A DNA stretch of 64,000 nucleotides from an uncultured Porphyromonadaceae bacterium (GCA_947177135.1 CAMWTI010000001.1:101-64100); one strand, 5' to 3'; shown: positions 38,124 through 47,796, numbered from the stretch's first letter. A program made the numbers and translations. The notes: a model not told the origin generated them from the letters alone.

Positions 38124-39311
38124 TCAGTGCTTGTCGGCCTGAAGAATGTCGTCAATGATTTCGCAACTGCGGATCATCATGCGCGGAATGTGAAACGGAC
38201 CTTTGAATATGTTGCCTTTGGCGCTCTGGGCCACAGATCCGTCGCGGTGAAGATAGCCGAACCATTCACCCGACTGATGGTCGGGGAAGTGGGCATAGGC
38301 CCAGTCACAGGCCATCTGGTGCCGTCGCAGCCACTTTTCGTCGCCGGTGTCACGATAGGCTGCCAGTGTGGCGATCACGGCCTCGGTCTGGGGCCACCAG
38401 AACTTCATGTCCTGCGAATAGTCCTGATTCGGGAAGCCTTTGCAGTCACGGAAGTTGATAATGCCGCCGTATTGTGCATCCCAGCCCCATTTCCAGCTCC
38501 ATTCAAGGATGGTGAGCGCCATTTCGGTGAGCGAGTCGTCCTGCCGGTGGCGGGCCTCGTCGAGCAGGAACCATGCGGTTTCAATGCAATGACCGGGATT
38601 GATGGTGCGGCCGGCAAGGGTGTCGATCAGCGATCCGTCGGGGGCCACGGTTTCGAGCAGCGCTTCATATTCGGGATGCATGAACAGGCGGAGGGTCTCC
38701 ACGTTGCGGGTGATTACAGCGTCGAGCAAAGGATCCCGGACCACACGCCGCAGGGTGGCGGCCGTGTTGATCATTATCATTGTGATCGAATGGCCGATGG
38801 CGGGCTGTGCGGGCAGATATTTCGGTTCGAGCACACCGGGAGTCTCCAGCCAGCGGTTCACCTCCCGAAACAGAGCCAGGGCCTCGTCGGCATAGTGTCG
38901 CTGGCCTGTGGCCATGGCATATTCGGCCTTGGCGATGATGGCGAAGCATTCCGAGAAGACATACCGGCGTCGGCGCAGCGGAGTGCCGTCGGCGGCCACT
39001 TCAAAATACATCCGTCCGTCGGCAGGGTCATAACAGTGGCGGTCGCTGAATTCAATGCAGCTTCGTGCAAATTCCAGATATTCGGGGCGCGGATCGATGC
39101 GGTTGTAGGCAGCGGCAAAGGTCCACGCGCAGCGGCCCTGGAACCACACCGACTTGGTGGGGTCCATCAGCGCTCCGTCACGGTCCAGGCATGTATACAC
39201 TCCGCCGTTTACGTTATCGGATCCGTGACGCAACCAGAACGGGAGGATATTGGCTGTCAGGTCGTCGCGATAGCGGTCGGCCCATCCTTTGAGATAATTC
39301 GTCCAGTCCAT
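38124..39311 (-). CDS. nanE: N-acylglucosamine 2-epimerase (AGE family; Bacteroides-type NanE)
   Basis: The start is taken at MDWTNYLKGWADRY, because the longer ORF N-terminus overlaps the nanL end. It resembles the AGE alpha/alpha-toroid family (ILPFWL..., WWPQTEA). Confidence 0.8.
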   Translation of the reverse strand: MDWTNYLKGWADRYRDDLTANILPFWLRHGSDNVNGGVYTCLDRDGALMDPTKSVWFQGRCAWTFAAAYNRIDPRPEYLEFARSCIEFSDRHCYDPADGRMYFEVAADGTPLRRRRYVFSECFAIIAKAEYAMATGQRHYADEALALFREVNRWLETPGVLEPKYLPAQPAIGHSITMIMINTAATLRRVVRDPLLDAVITRNVETLRLFMHPEYEALLETVAPDGSLIDTLAGRTINPGHCIETAWFLLDEARHRQDDSLTEMALTILEWSWKWGWDAQYGGIINFRDCKGFPNQDYSQDMKFWWPQTEAVIATLAAYRDTGDEKWLRRHQMACDWAYAHFPDHQSGEWFGYLHRDGSVAQSAKGNIFKGPFHIPRMMIRSCEIIDDILQADKH

Positions 39312-39313
39312 CG

Positions 39314-40237
39314 TCAGAGTCTGTTGCAGCGGTCGAAAAATCCGATTTTCTCGAGTTCGGCCTTCATGGCGGCCTCTTCGGCGTCGGTCACGTTCTGGAA
39401 CGGGGTGCGGTTTGGTCCGAGGTCGAGTCCGATCAGTTTCATTATGCGCTTTCCGCCGACGATGTTGCCCCGGTAGCGGCATATCACGTTGATCACCTCC
39501 TGCGAAAAATTCTGATGATCGCGCGCCGCCTCGAGGTCGCCGCGGTTCCAGGCGTCAATGATGGCGGTCAGCTCGCGTCCGTTGTAGTTCGTGGTGCCGC
39601 CGATTCCTCCGCGTGCGCCGCCCATGGCCAGGCAGGGCAGTATGGTTTCGTCCTGACCGTGGAGCATGTCGAATTTGCCGCCGGCATAGAGGCGGCACTG
39701 ATTGTATTCATAGAGGCTTTCAAACGTGTATTTGATTCCGGCGAAGTTGGGCACACGGCCGTCTACAGCCTCAAACAGTTTCACCATCGGGAGATAGGCA
39801 CCGTTGAAAGCGGGAATGTGGTAGAAATAGAACGGCAGGGCGGGAGCGGCCGAAGCGATCTCTTCGATATATTTCACCAGCTCTTCCACGCGGCCGATTT
39901 TCGGGAATGGCGGGGCCATGGCGCCGATGCCCCATGCGCCGATGGCGGCTGCATGTGCGGCGAGTTCGCGAGCGCTTCTGACGCAGCAGGCGCCGACGTG
40001 GACAATCACCTTGAAGCCCTCGGGAGCGGCTTTGACCCAGGCTTCGGCCAGGCGCTTGCGTTCGTCGTCGGTGAGCATGTATCCTTCGCCCGACGATCCG
40101 TTGATGAAGACGCCTTTCAGTCCATTTTTCTGAAGCATCGCGGCATAAGCCGGTATCGGTTCAAGATTTACTTCGCCATCAGGCAGAAACGGGGTGAACG
40201 GGGCGTCTATGAGTCCCTGGATTTTTTCAAAAGTCAT
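39314..40237 (-). CDS. nanA: N-acetylneuraminate lyase (DapA family)
   Basis: 307 aa. DapA-family GVFINGSSGEG motif and a Schiff-base lysine region (FAGIKYT). It is the first gene of the nan cluster. Confidence 0.8.
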   Translation of the reverse strand: MTFEKIQGLIDAPFTPFLPDGEVNLEPIPAYAAMLQKNGLKGVFINGSSGEGYMLTDDERKRLAEAWVKAAPEGFKVIVHVGACCVRSARELAAHAAAIGAWGIGAMAPPFPKIGRVEELVKYIEEIASAAPALPFYFYHIPAFNGAYLPMVKLFEAVDGRVPNFAGIKYTFESLYEYNQCRLYAGGKFDMLHGQDETILPCLAMGGARGGIGGTTNYNGRELTAIIDAWNRGDLEAARDHQNFSQEVINVICRYRGNIVGGKRIMKLIGLDLGPNRTPFQNVTDAEEAAMKAELEKIGFFDRCNRL

Positions 40238-40268
40238 TGTGATTTTTCTGATTTATGTTTTGACTCCG

Positions 40269-40276
40269 CAAATGTA
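40269..40276 (-). promoter_or_regulatory. Bacteroidota -7 promoter box (TACATTTG on minus strand) upstream of the nan operon
   Basis: Matches TAnnTTTG 32 nt upstream of the ATG at 40237. Confidence 0.5.
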
Positions 40277-40320
40277 GTGAAAAAAACTCGTTTGTTTCAT
40301 GTCCGGCCGCGATAAATTTG

Positions 40321-40361
40321 CAAAGGCCGGAGACCGCGCAGAGCGCAATCCCCGGCCTTTG
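40321..40361 (-). terminator. Terminator hairpin after the 40400-41242 lipoprotein gene
   Basis: 10-bp stem CAAAGGCCGG / CCGGCCTTTG with a 21-nt loop. Confidence 0.5.
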
Positions 40362-40399
40362 AGATTGTTTAATCAACGGTTGTTGCCGGCAGGGCGGCG

Positions 40400-41242
40400 T
40401 CAGTCGGCCAACTGGCGGCCACTGCATACGCCACGCGATCCTGGAGCCAGACCGCCGCACACGATCATGAACTCGCGCTCGACTCCGGTGGTGTTTGGCT
40501 CCACTGTTATGGTGATCTCCTTCGGGTCGCCATGCTTGTTTCGCTCGATGGTGAGCCAGTCGAGCGTATAGCTGAACACCGCGTCAGGATCCGTCCAGTA
40601 ATCAACGAAATCCTGCGTGCCATCCTCTGCTTTGAAACAATGCTCGACTTCGCCGGCATACAGCTCAATAAACGCCCAATAGTAATGGCTTGCCATGACA
40701 TTGGCCGTGGCGCCTTTTGCCGGAAACACCACTGTGCCAGGATTAGTGTGCCAAGCGCCGCCAAGCGGCATATCCGACTCATTCTCGCATACAAGAGTGT
40801 CGGTCACTTCGCCACGCTGGAATTCCAAATAAGCATATCGGTATTTGGGAAACTCGTCATCACAGAAAGGCTCAATGTCGCGCAACACCAGTTTACGGTC
40901 GGCATAGTGCAGATGCAGCCACTCTACATTTTCGTCAAACGGAGAAGTGCCGCTCAGATCAGTGATATAAGTGGTCAGCGGATATAATTTAGGATATTTT
41001 TTGTTCATTTCTCCGCCGAACGACACCGACGAGACAGTCCAGTCGTCCGAATCAAAGAATATGGTATCACTTTCGGCATAGGCCAACAGGCAGACTTTGT
41101 CGACAGAAAATCCAATTCCGGATACCCCGATGGGCAATTGTTCACCTGAACCCTGAGGTTCGTCATTCTCAGAGGAAGTACAGCTGCATAAGCCAACAAC
41201 AGAAGCGAATGCCATTCCGGCAATCAGTTTACGTGCTACCAT
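40400..41242 (-). CDS. Hypothetical lipoprotein with C-terminal BACON-like module
   Basis: Signal/lipobox MVARKLIAGMAFASVVGLCSC. The C-terminal LDWLTIERNKHGDPKEITITVEPNTTGVEREFMIVC resembles the ends of the 46336 and 46968 paralogs. Confidence 0.5.
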   Translation of the reverse strand: MVARKLIAGMAFASVVGLCSCTSSENDEPQGSGEQLPIGVSGIGFSVDKVCLLAYAESDTIFFDSDDWTVSSVSFGGEMNKKYPKLYPLTTYITDLSGTSPFDENVEWLHLHYADRKLVLRDIEPFCDDEFPKYRYAYLEFQRGEVTDTLVCENESDMPLGGAWHTNPGTVVFPAKGATANVMASHYYWAFIELYAGEVEHCFKAEDGTQDFVDYWTDPDAVFSYTLDWLTIERNKHGDPKEITITVEPNTTGVEREFMIVCGGLAPGSRGVCSGRQLAD

Positions 41243-41596
41243 AATCGAAACGTTTTTTGTGTTAATAATCGTTATCGATCGCAAAGTAACGGTTAATCTG
41301 CGAAAAATGCAACACTCGTGGGGTTAATTTTTGTTAACCCCACTATCATCACTTCTATGGAAAACCTCATGACCGGCACGCCGACGGGGCGCGGCTTCTC
41401 AGTCGCGCCCCGTCGGGTAGTAAACCAATCATTATCACAATTCTTTACAATGGAAAAAGCATTTCGTTGTTGTTTGTCAGTAAAACGCACACGCGCGGCA
41501 TATGGTTCGGTCATATTCCGATTTTTTTTGCCGGCTGCATATAATTATTGCGTAAATGCTTGACTTCCGGCCGAAAAATGTTGTAACTTTGCATTC

Positions 41597-42466
41597 ATGA
41601 AATCAAGCAAAGGCTTTTCGTCGATGAGCATCCACGCCACGGCCACGGTGAGCGTGGCTCTGGTGTTGCTGCTGCTCGGCATGGTGGCGGTGCTCGGCAT
41701 CGGCGCCCGCTCGGTCACGCGCGACATAAAGGAACACTTAGGATTTGACATAACTCTGGAGGAAGAAGCGAGCCTTGACGACGTCAACGCCTTCAAGCGC
41801 CTGCTTTCAGAAGCGCCCTATGTGGCGTCGTGGCTCTATCACTCGCCGCAGGAGGCCATGGACCAATGGCAGGAAGAGATGGGCGAGAATCTGGTGGAGC
41901 TGCTCGGAGTGAACCCGTTTCTGCCGGAATTTGAAGTGAACGTGAAGGAGGCCTGGGCCAACGCCGACAGCCTCGACTCCGTGGTGCTCCCGATCATGGC
42001 GATGGAGCGGGTGGCCGAAGTCAGCGTGCACACCGAAGTGGTCGACAAAGTCAACCGCAACATCTCCACCCTGATGCTGATCCTGGTAGCCGCGGCCTGC
42101 GCCCTGGCCCCGATCTCGTTCGTGCTCATCAACAACACGGTCAGACTGACCATCTATTCGCGCCGCTTCACCATCCACACCATGAAACTGGTCGGCGCAT
42201 CGCGCGGATTCATACGTCGCCCGTTTCTGACGTCGAACGCCGCCTGCGGAGCAGTGGCCGGCGTGGTGGCCTCGGCGCTGCTGACGGCCATGACGGCCTA
42301 TGCGCTGCGTTATGTCGATCCGGCGCTTGCCACCTATGTCAGCCCCCGCTCGGTGGCGGCGGTGTGTGTGGCCATGACCGCGCTCGGAGTGGCCATCTGC
42401 CTGCTGGCCGCCTGGTGGGCGACCCAGCGCTATCTGGTCAGGAGCTATGACGAACTTTTCCATTAA
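41597..42466 (+). CDS. ftsX: Cell division protein FtsX (permease-like)
   Basis: 289 aa. It has one TM segment, a periplasmic domain and three C-terminal TM segments. The FtsX-like motif FTIHTMKLVGASRGFIRRPF is present. Confidence 0.85.
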   Translation: MKSSKGFSSMSIHATATVSVALVLLLLGMVAVLGIGARSVTRDIKEHLGFDITLEEEASLDDVNAFKRLLSEAPYVASWLYHSPQEAMDQWQEEMGENLVELLGVNPFLPEFEVNVKEAWANADSLDSVVLPIMAMERVAEVSVHTEVVDKVNRNISTLMLILVAAACALAPISFVLINNTVRLTIYSRRFTIHTMKLVGASRGFIRRPFLTSNAACGAVAGVVASALLTAMTAYALRYVDPALATYVSPRSVAAVCVAMTALGVAICLLAAWWATQRYLVRSYDELFH

Positions 42467-42487
42467 AAAACAAAACCGACAACACAT

Positions 42488-42739
42488 ATGACTGAAAAAG
42501 ATTCAAGACTCGACACCGAAACCGACGTGCAGTATCCGCTGACACGCACAAACTTCATCATGATGGGTGCAGCCGCCGCGATGATAGTGGCCGGATTCCT
42601 GCTGATGCTCGGCGGAAGCACCACCCACGAGCAGTTCAACCCCGACATTTTCAGCACCCGGCGCATCGTGATCGGCCCGGCAGTCTCGTTTCTCGGGTTC
42701 ATCTTCATGGCCATCGCCATCATATTCCGCAAAAAATAA
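42488..42739 (+). CDS. Small two-TM membrane protein (DUF3098-like, conserved after ftsX in Bacteroidota)
   Basis: 83 aa with two hydrophobic helices. Conserved position after ftsX. Confidence 0.55.
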   Translation: MTEKDSRLDTETDVQYPLTRTNFIMMGAAAAMIVAGFLLMLGGSTTHEQFNPDIFSTRRIVIGPAVSFLGFIFMAIAIIFRKK

Positions 42740-42774
42740 TCTTCCACCTCCAAACACCGTAAAACATACATCTC

Positions 42775-43611
42775 ATGGACTGGATCGACGCCCTGATTCT
42801 CGGAATCATACAAGGCCTTTCGGAATATCTTCCCATCAGCAGCAGCGGCCACCTCGAAATCTTCAAGCAGGTGCTCGGAGTGGATCTCGACCCTGACGCA
42901 TCGCTCGAATTCTCGGTGATGCTCCACGTGGCCACCGTTCTCAGCACAATCGTGGTGCTGTGGCGCGAATTCTGGCCGCTGTGCGTGTCGTTTTTCACCT
43001 TCAGACGCGACGACCGCTTCTTCTACGTCTGCAAAATCCTGTTATCGTGCATTCCGGTGGCCATTGTCGGGCTGTTTTTCAAAGACGCCATCTCGGCCCT
43101 GTTCGAGGGCAATCTCAAGGTGGTCGGAGCATGCCTGCTGGTGACCGCAGCCCTGCTCGCCTTCGCCTACTTCACCCGCACCGGGCCTGCCCTGAAGAAT
43201 CCCGCCGGCGCCAAGCCCGCACGCGACATCACCTGGCTCGACGCCTTCATCATCGGATGCGGACAGGCTGTGGCCGTGTTGCCCGGACTCTCGCGCTCGG
43301 GCACCACAATAGCCACCGGCATTCTGCTCGGCGACAAGCGCGAGCAGGTGGCCAAATTCTCGTTCTTCATGGTCATAATCCCGATTCTCGGAGAAGGCCT
43401 GCTCGACATCAAGGAGATGATCAGCCCTGACGCTGCCGCGGTCGCCGCCGGCGCCTCAGTGGGAATGCTGCCACTGCTGACGGGCTTTCTCGCATCGTTT
43501 ATCGTCGGCTGCATGGCCTGCAAATGGATGATCGACATCGTCAAGAAAGGAAAACTGGTGTGGTTTGCCGTCTATTGCGTAGCCGCAGGAGCGCTCTGCC
43601 TGCTCTATTGA
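42775..43611 (+). CDS. uppP: Undecaprenyl-diphosphate phosphatase
   Basis: BacA motifs GIIQGLSEYLPISSSGHL and PGLSRSG. Confidence 0.93.
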   Translation: MDWIDALILGIIQGLSEYLPISSSGHLEIFKQVLGVDLDPDASLEFSVMLHVATVLSTIVVLWREFWPLCVSFFTFRRDDRFFYVCKILLSCIPVAIVGLFFKDAISALFEGNLKVVGACLLVTAALLAFAYFTRTGPALKNPAGAKPARDITWLDAFIIGCGQAVAVLPGLSRSGTTIATGILLGDKREQVAKFSFFMVIIPILGEGLLDIKEMISPDAAAVAAGASVGMLPLLTGFLASFIVGCMACKWMIDIVKKGKLVWFAVYCVAAGALCLLY

Positions 43612-43642
43612 CCACCGTTAATCAACGCCATCAGACTGAATC

Positions 43643-44395
43643 ATGGATTTTCTTTCCGGACATACATTATTGATCGATAAGCCGCTGGGCTGGACATCGT
43701 TTGACGTGGTCAAGCGGGTGCGCGGCGTGCTGACGCGCCGCTATGGCATGAAGCGGCTGAAAGTGGGCCATGCCGGAACCCTCGACCCGCTCGCCACCGG
43801 AGTGATGCTCGTGTGCACCGGAAAAGCCACGCGCATGATCGACACCCTCCAGGCCGGAGTGAAGGAATATGTCGCCACAATGGCGCTCGGAGCCACAACC
43901 CCGTCATTTGACCTCGAAACGGAAATCGACGCAACATATCCCACCGGCCACATCACCCGGGAACTGACCGAGGCAACGCTCACCCGGTTTCTGGGACGGA
44001 TCGAACAGGTGCCCCCGGCATTCTCGGCCGTGAAGGTCGACGGAAAACGGGCCTACAAAATGGCCCGGCAGGGCAAAACGCCCGAACTGAAGCCGAAAGT
44101 GCTTCACATCGACGAGCTTGAACTGCTGGAATTCGACCAGCAACAGATAAAGGTGAGAGTGGTGTGCAGCAAAGGCACCTACATCAGGGCACTGGCACGC
44201 GACATCGGAACCGCACTCGGCTCCGGCGCACACCTGACGGCGCTCCGGCGCACACGCGTCGGAGAAGCCTGCATAGACCAGTGTCTCGACATCGAATCGG
44301 CCATCGAATGGCTCCGGACTGTCGAAATCGAATTCCCCGACGACGCCCGCCCCGACAACGGCAGCGCCTCAAACAACGAAACAACAACGAAATAA
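43643..44395 (+). CDS. truB: tRNA pseudouridine(55) synthase
   Basis: [11 protein letters not shown] and the catalytic [12 protein letters not shown]. Confidence 0.93.
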   Translation: MDFLSGHTLLIDKPLGWTSFDVVKRVRGVLTRRYGMKRLKVGHAGTLDPLATGVMLVCTGKATRMIDTLQAGVKEYVATMALGATTPSFDLETEIDATYPTGHITRELTEATLTRFLGRIEQVPPAFSAVKVDGKRAYKMARQGKTPELKPKVLHIDELELLEFDQQQIKVRVVCSKGTYIRALARDIGTALGSGAHLTALRRTRVGEACIDQCLDIESAIEWLRTVEIEFPDDARPDNGSASNNETTTK

Positions 44396-44420
44396 CTCAA
44401 CCATATATACACCTCTGCCT

Positions 44421-45473
44421 ATGAAACTTTCGCAATTCAACTTCAGACTTCCCGAAGAATTGATTGCCCAGTATCCGCGTCCCTCGCGCGACGAATGCCG
44501 GCTGATGGTCATGCACCGATCGACCGGAAAGATCGAACACAAAACCTTCAAAGACATTCTCGGCTATTTCGGCGACGGCGACGTGATGGTGTTCAACGAC
44601 ACCAAAGTGTTTCCGGCAAAACTCTACGGCAATAAAGAGAAGACCGGCGCGCGCATCGAAGTGTTTCTGCTCCGCGAACTGAACCCCGAACACAAACTCT
44701 GGGACGTGCTCGTGGAACCCGCCCGCAAAATCAGAATCGGCAACAAGCTCTATTTCGGCGACGATGACTCGCTGGTGGCCGAGGTGATCGACAACACCAC
44801 GTCGCGCGGACGCACACTCCGCTTCCTCTATGACGGGCCCCACGACGAATTCAAGCGGGTGCTCTTCAGCATGGGCCAGACTCCGCTGCCCGAACACATC
44901 CGCCGCGAGCCGGACCAGGACGACGCCGAAGCATTCCAGACAATCTATGCGGCAAAAGAAGGCGCCGTGGTGGCGCCGGGTGCCGGACTGCACTTCTCGC
45001 GCGAGCTGATGAAACGCCTCGAAATCAAAGGAGTGGAGCGCGGATTCATGACCGTCCACAGCGGACTCGGCACTTTCCGCGAAATCGATGTGGAAGACCT
45101 CTCGAAACACCGCATCGACTCCGAAGAGATCATCGTCGACGAAAAACTCGTCAACATGGTCAACTCGGCCAAAGACGCCGGCAAGCAGGTATGCGCAGTC
45201 GGAACCTCGGTGCTCCGCGGCATGGTAGGCGCCGAAACCATGGGCGGACACCTCAAGACATTTACCGGATGGAACAACAAATTCGTGTCGCCGCCCTATG
45301 ACTTCACCGTGGCCACATCGCTGGTCAGCAACTTCCACATGCCCCTGTCGACCATGCTCATGATGGTGGCCGCATTCGGCGGATACGAAACCGTGATGAA
45401 AGCCTACGACGCGGCCGTGGAGGAAAAATACTCCTTCGGCACATACGGCGACTCGCTGCTGCTGCTTCCCTGA
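44421..45473 (+). CDS. queA: tRNA preQ1(34) S-adenosylmethionine ribosyltransferase-isomerase
   Basis: [19 protein letters not shown] and the C-terminal GTTS/R region. Length 350 aa. Confidence 0.95.
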   Translation: MKLSQFNFRLPEELIAQYPRPSRDECRLMVMHRSTGKIEHKTFKDILGYFGDGDVMVFNDTKVFPAKLYGNKEKTGARIEVFLLRELNPEHKLWDVLVEPARKIRIGNKLYFGDDDSLVAEVIDNTTSRGRTLRFLYDGPHDEFKRVLFSMGQTPLPEHIRREPDQDDAEAFQTIYAAKEGAVVAPGAGLHFSRELMKRLEIKGVERGFMTVHSGLGTFREIDVEDLSKHRIDSEEIIVDEKLVNMVNSAKDAGKQVCAVGTSVLRGMVGAETMGGHLKTFTGWNNKFVSPPYDFTVATSLVSNFHMPLSTMLMMVAAFGGYETVMKAYDAAVEEKYSFGTYGDSLLLLP

Positions 45474-45512
45474 TTTTTCTCACTTTTCATACTATCACCC
45501 CACCCCACTGTT

Positions 45513-46073
45513 ATGACAAATCCCCAGACCTACCTCGGCCCCGCCGAAGAAAAAATGGAACTCGCCGTGGCATACCTCGACGAATCACTCAGCCACATCC
45601 GCGCCGGAAAGGCCAACACAAAACTGCTCGACGGAATCCGCGTCGACTACTATGGATCGGCCGCACCCATCTCCAATGTGGCCAACGTGTCGGTGCCCGA
45701 CGCCCGCACCATCGTCATCACCCCATGGGAAAAGTCGATGTTCAAGGAAATTGAAAAGGCCATCATCAACTCCGAACTCGGAATCATGCCCGAAAACAAC
45801 GGCGAAGTGATCCGCCTGAGCATTCCCCCGCTCACAGAAGAACGCCGCAAACTGCTCGTGAAGCAGAGCAAGGCCGAAGCCGAAACCGCAAAAGTGTCAG
45901 TGCGCAACGCACGCCGCGACGCAATCGACGGACTCAAAAAAGCGGTCAAGCAAGGCATGCCCGAAGACGTTGAAAAAGACGCCGAAGCATCAGCCCAGAA
46001 GCTCCACGACAAATACCTCAAGCAGATCGACGAACTCTTCGCCCAGAAGGAGAAAGAGATCCTCACCGTCTGA
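45513..46073 (+). CDS. frr: Ribosome recycling factor
   Basis: 186 aa. [19 protein letters not shown] and [12 protein letters not shown]. Confidence 0.95.
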   Translation: MTNPQTYLGPAEEKMELAVAYLDESLSHIRAGKANTKLLDGIRVDYYGSAAPISNVANVSVPDARTIVITPWEKSMFKEIEKAIINSELGIMPENNGEVIRLSIPPLTEERRKLLVKQSKAEAETAKVSVRNARRDAIDGLKKAVKQGMPEDVEKDAEASAQKLHDKYLKQIDELFAQKEKEILTV

Positions 46074-46084
46074 CAATAATCCGA

Positions 46085-46120
46085 CGCAAACGCCCGGACT
46101 CAAGCTCCGCGGCGTTTGCG
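46085..46120 (+). terminator. Hairpin after frr
   Basis: 10-bp stem CGCAAACGCC / GGCGTTTGCG with a 16-nt loop. There is no clear T-tract. Confidence 0.4.
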
Positions 46121-46335
46121 CCGGACTCAAAAACAGACACCTGCCATCAAATCATCTATCTGACAAACATACACCCACCAATCATCATCAAAAAAAACAC
46201 CGTTTCATTATATACTATCTACAATTACACCATTGCAAAAACTCCAGCAACACCATATTTAAAACGTTGACATATTTTCGCCCTTCTTTGATGATTATGA
46301 CAACGTTAGTTATTACGTAACCCTCAATTGTAATT

Positions 46336-46932
46336 ATGAATAAATACATCGCAACAAAAGTCGCAATAATTGCCCTATTAGCAATTATTACTTCTCAGGC
46401 TGGAGGATGCAAGACCAACGAAAAGGCAACGACGAAAACGACTGCTACCACTGAGCATTTAGAAGATAGTGAACAGGTCGAAGGTATACGTTACGTGCCT
46501 TTCACAAGATATCCTGACAACAAACTGAATTTCTCCGCTAAAGGCGGCACGTTGGTATGCAAAGCCGACACAACGTTCGGAAGCAGGGCGTTTTATATCT
46601 GCGAAATACGGTTTGATGATGGCTACCGCTATTCCCTATATGGTGGAGGATACTATTATTATCATAAAGAAAATTTTGACTATGAATCCCAGGAATTTCC
46701 GTCTGAAATGCGCGGATATCCGGGGAATTGGGATCCTTGTCCGCTCACATTCAGATGGGTCACAGTGTTTCTTGACGGATATGACCTGTTGGTGACAGTT
46801 GAACCTAACGAAACCGGCAAAAAGCGACATTGCGAAATCGCCATTGCTGATGAGAACTATGGCTGGAGTGTTGAGTGCACACAGAGCAGAGGGCCTTACA
46901 AGCCAAAAAAATCCAAAAAGAAGAAGCAATAG
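46336..46932 (+). CDS. Lipoprotein, tandem paralog 1 (BACON-like C-terminal module, polybasic tail)
   Basis: Signal/lipobox-like MNKYIATKVAIIALLAIITSQAGGC. The C-terminal WVTVFLDGYDLLVTVEPNETGKKRHCEI and the KPKKSKKKKQ tail are present. The DNA is AT-rich. Confidence 0.6.
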   Translation: MNKYIATKVAIIALLAIITSQAGGCKTNEKATTKTTATTEHLEDSEQVEGIRYVPFTRYPDNKLNFSAKGGTLVCKADTTFGSRAFYICEIRFDDGYRYSLYGGGYYYYHKENFDYESQEFPSEMRGYPGNWDPCPLTFRWVTVFLDGYDLLVTVEPNETGKKRHCEIAIADENYGWSVECTQSRGPYKPKKSKKKKQ

Positions 46933-46967
46933 CAAAGCTACTGCGAACACTTTTTAAAATTGGAATC

Positions 46968-47576
46968 ATGAATAAATACATCGCAACAAAAGTCGCAATA
47001 ATTGCCCTATTAGTAATTATTACCTCTCAGGCTGGAGGATGCAAGACCAACGAAAAGGCAACGACGAAAACGACTGCTACCACTGAGCAGTTAGAAGATA
47101 GTGAACAGGTCGAAGGTAGAGGTTACGTAAATTTTACGAGATATCCGGAAAATAAACTGAAATTCCCTGCTAAAGGCGACACGTTGGTATGCAAAGCCAA
47201 CACAAAGAGGAGAAGTATGTCTTTTTATATTCGCGCAATCGAATTTGATGATGACTACCGCTATTTCCTCTCAGATGGAGGATACTATTATTATCGAAAA
47301 GGTGAATTTGACTTAGACTCCAGGGAATGTATATCTGAGTTGCGCGGATATCCGGGGAATTGGGATCCTTGTCCGCTCACATTCAGATGGGTCACAGTGT
47401 TTCTTGACGGATATGACCTGTTGGTGACGGTTGAACCTAACGAAACCGGCAAAAAGCGACATTGCGAAATCATCATTTCCGATGAGGACTATGGCTGGAT
47501 CGTTGAGTGCACACAGAGCAGAGGGCCTTACAAGCCCAAAAAATCCAAAAAGAAGAAACAACAGCAAGGATACTGA
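46968..47576 (+). CDS. Lipoprotein, tandem paralog 2
   Basis: The start is taken at MNKYIATK (ATG at 46968). The 5' ~150 nt and 3' ~250 nt are near-identical to paralog 1, and the central ~200 nt are diverged. Confidence 0.6.
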   Translation: MNKYIATKVAIIALLVIITSQAGGCKTNEKATTKTTATTEQLEDSEQVEGRGYVNFTRYPENKLKFPAKGDTLVCKANTKRRSMSFYIRAIEFDDDYRYFLSDGGYYYYRKGEFDLDSRECISELRGYPGNWDPCPLTFRWVTVFLDGYDLLVTVEPNETGKKRHCEIIISDEDYGWIVECTQSRGPYKPKKSKKKKQQQGY

Positions 47577-47591
47577 TGCGAACACCATTTT

Positions 47592-47622
47592 AAAGGCTCC
47601 CGACGTGGAGCCTTTCTCTTTT
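47592..47622 (+). terminator. Rho-independent terminator after paralog 2
   Basis: 9-bp stem AAAGGCTCC / GGAGCCTTT with a 6-nt loop, then CTCTTTT. Confidence 0.6.
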
Positions 47623-47715
47623 ATCGGATTGGTCAAAAACTCCAAAATGAATGCAAAAATGGGAATTATATCCTTTTTTAACATTTGCCCATAAGCCCAT
47701 CGCACGGATTTTGAG

Positions 47716-47723
47716 TAACTTTG
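47716..47723 (+). promoter_or_regulatory. Bacteroidota -7 promoter box (TAACTTTG) upstream of the RND operon
   Basis: Matches TAnnTTTG 74 nt upstream of the ATG at 47797. Confidence 0.5.
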
Positions 47724-47796
47724 CACCCGATATATACCGATGATTTAATAAATTTTTCCTCATTCAATTTCTTAAGGGATAAGACAGATTTCCATT

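Larger units (their letters stand above)
46336..47600 (+). repeat. Tandem duplication, unit ~632 bp (two copies)
   Basis: The copies start at 46336 and 46968. Similarity continues a few tens of nt past each stop (..CTGCGAACAC..). Confidence 0.9.

Noticed and set aside
37764-39476. 570-aa ORF antisense to the AGE epimerase and esterase genes
   Set aside because: It lies opposite strongly recognisable conserved genes. Its composition (R/G/A/V/H-rich, no motifs) is typical of antisense frames in high-GC DNA. The same reasoning applies to 7452..8450(-), 15367..16140(+), 16314..17303(+), 14260..15141(+), 44397..45338(-), 39515..40315(+), 62894..63784(+) and the other long shadow ORFs.
40313-40320. 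Plus-strand TAAATTTG box followed by a hairpin, considered as a small RNA gene
   Set aside because: The hairpin is better explained as the terminator of the minus-strand lipoprotein gene ending at 40400. The box is probably a chance match in an AT-rich spacer.
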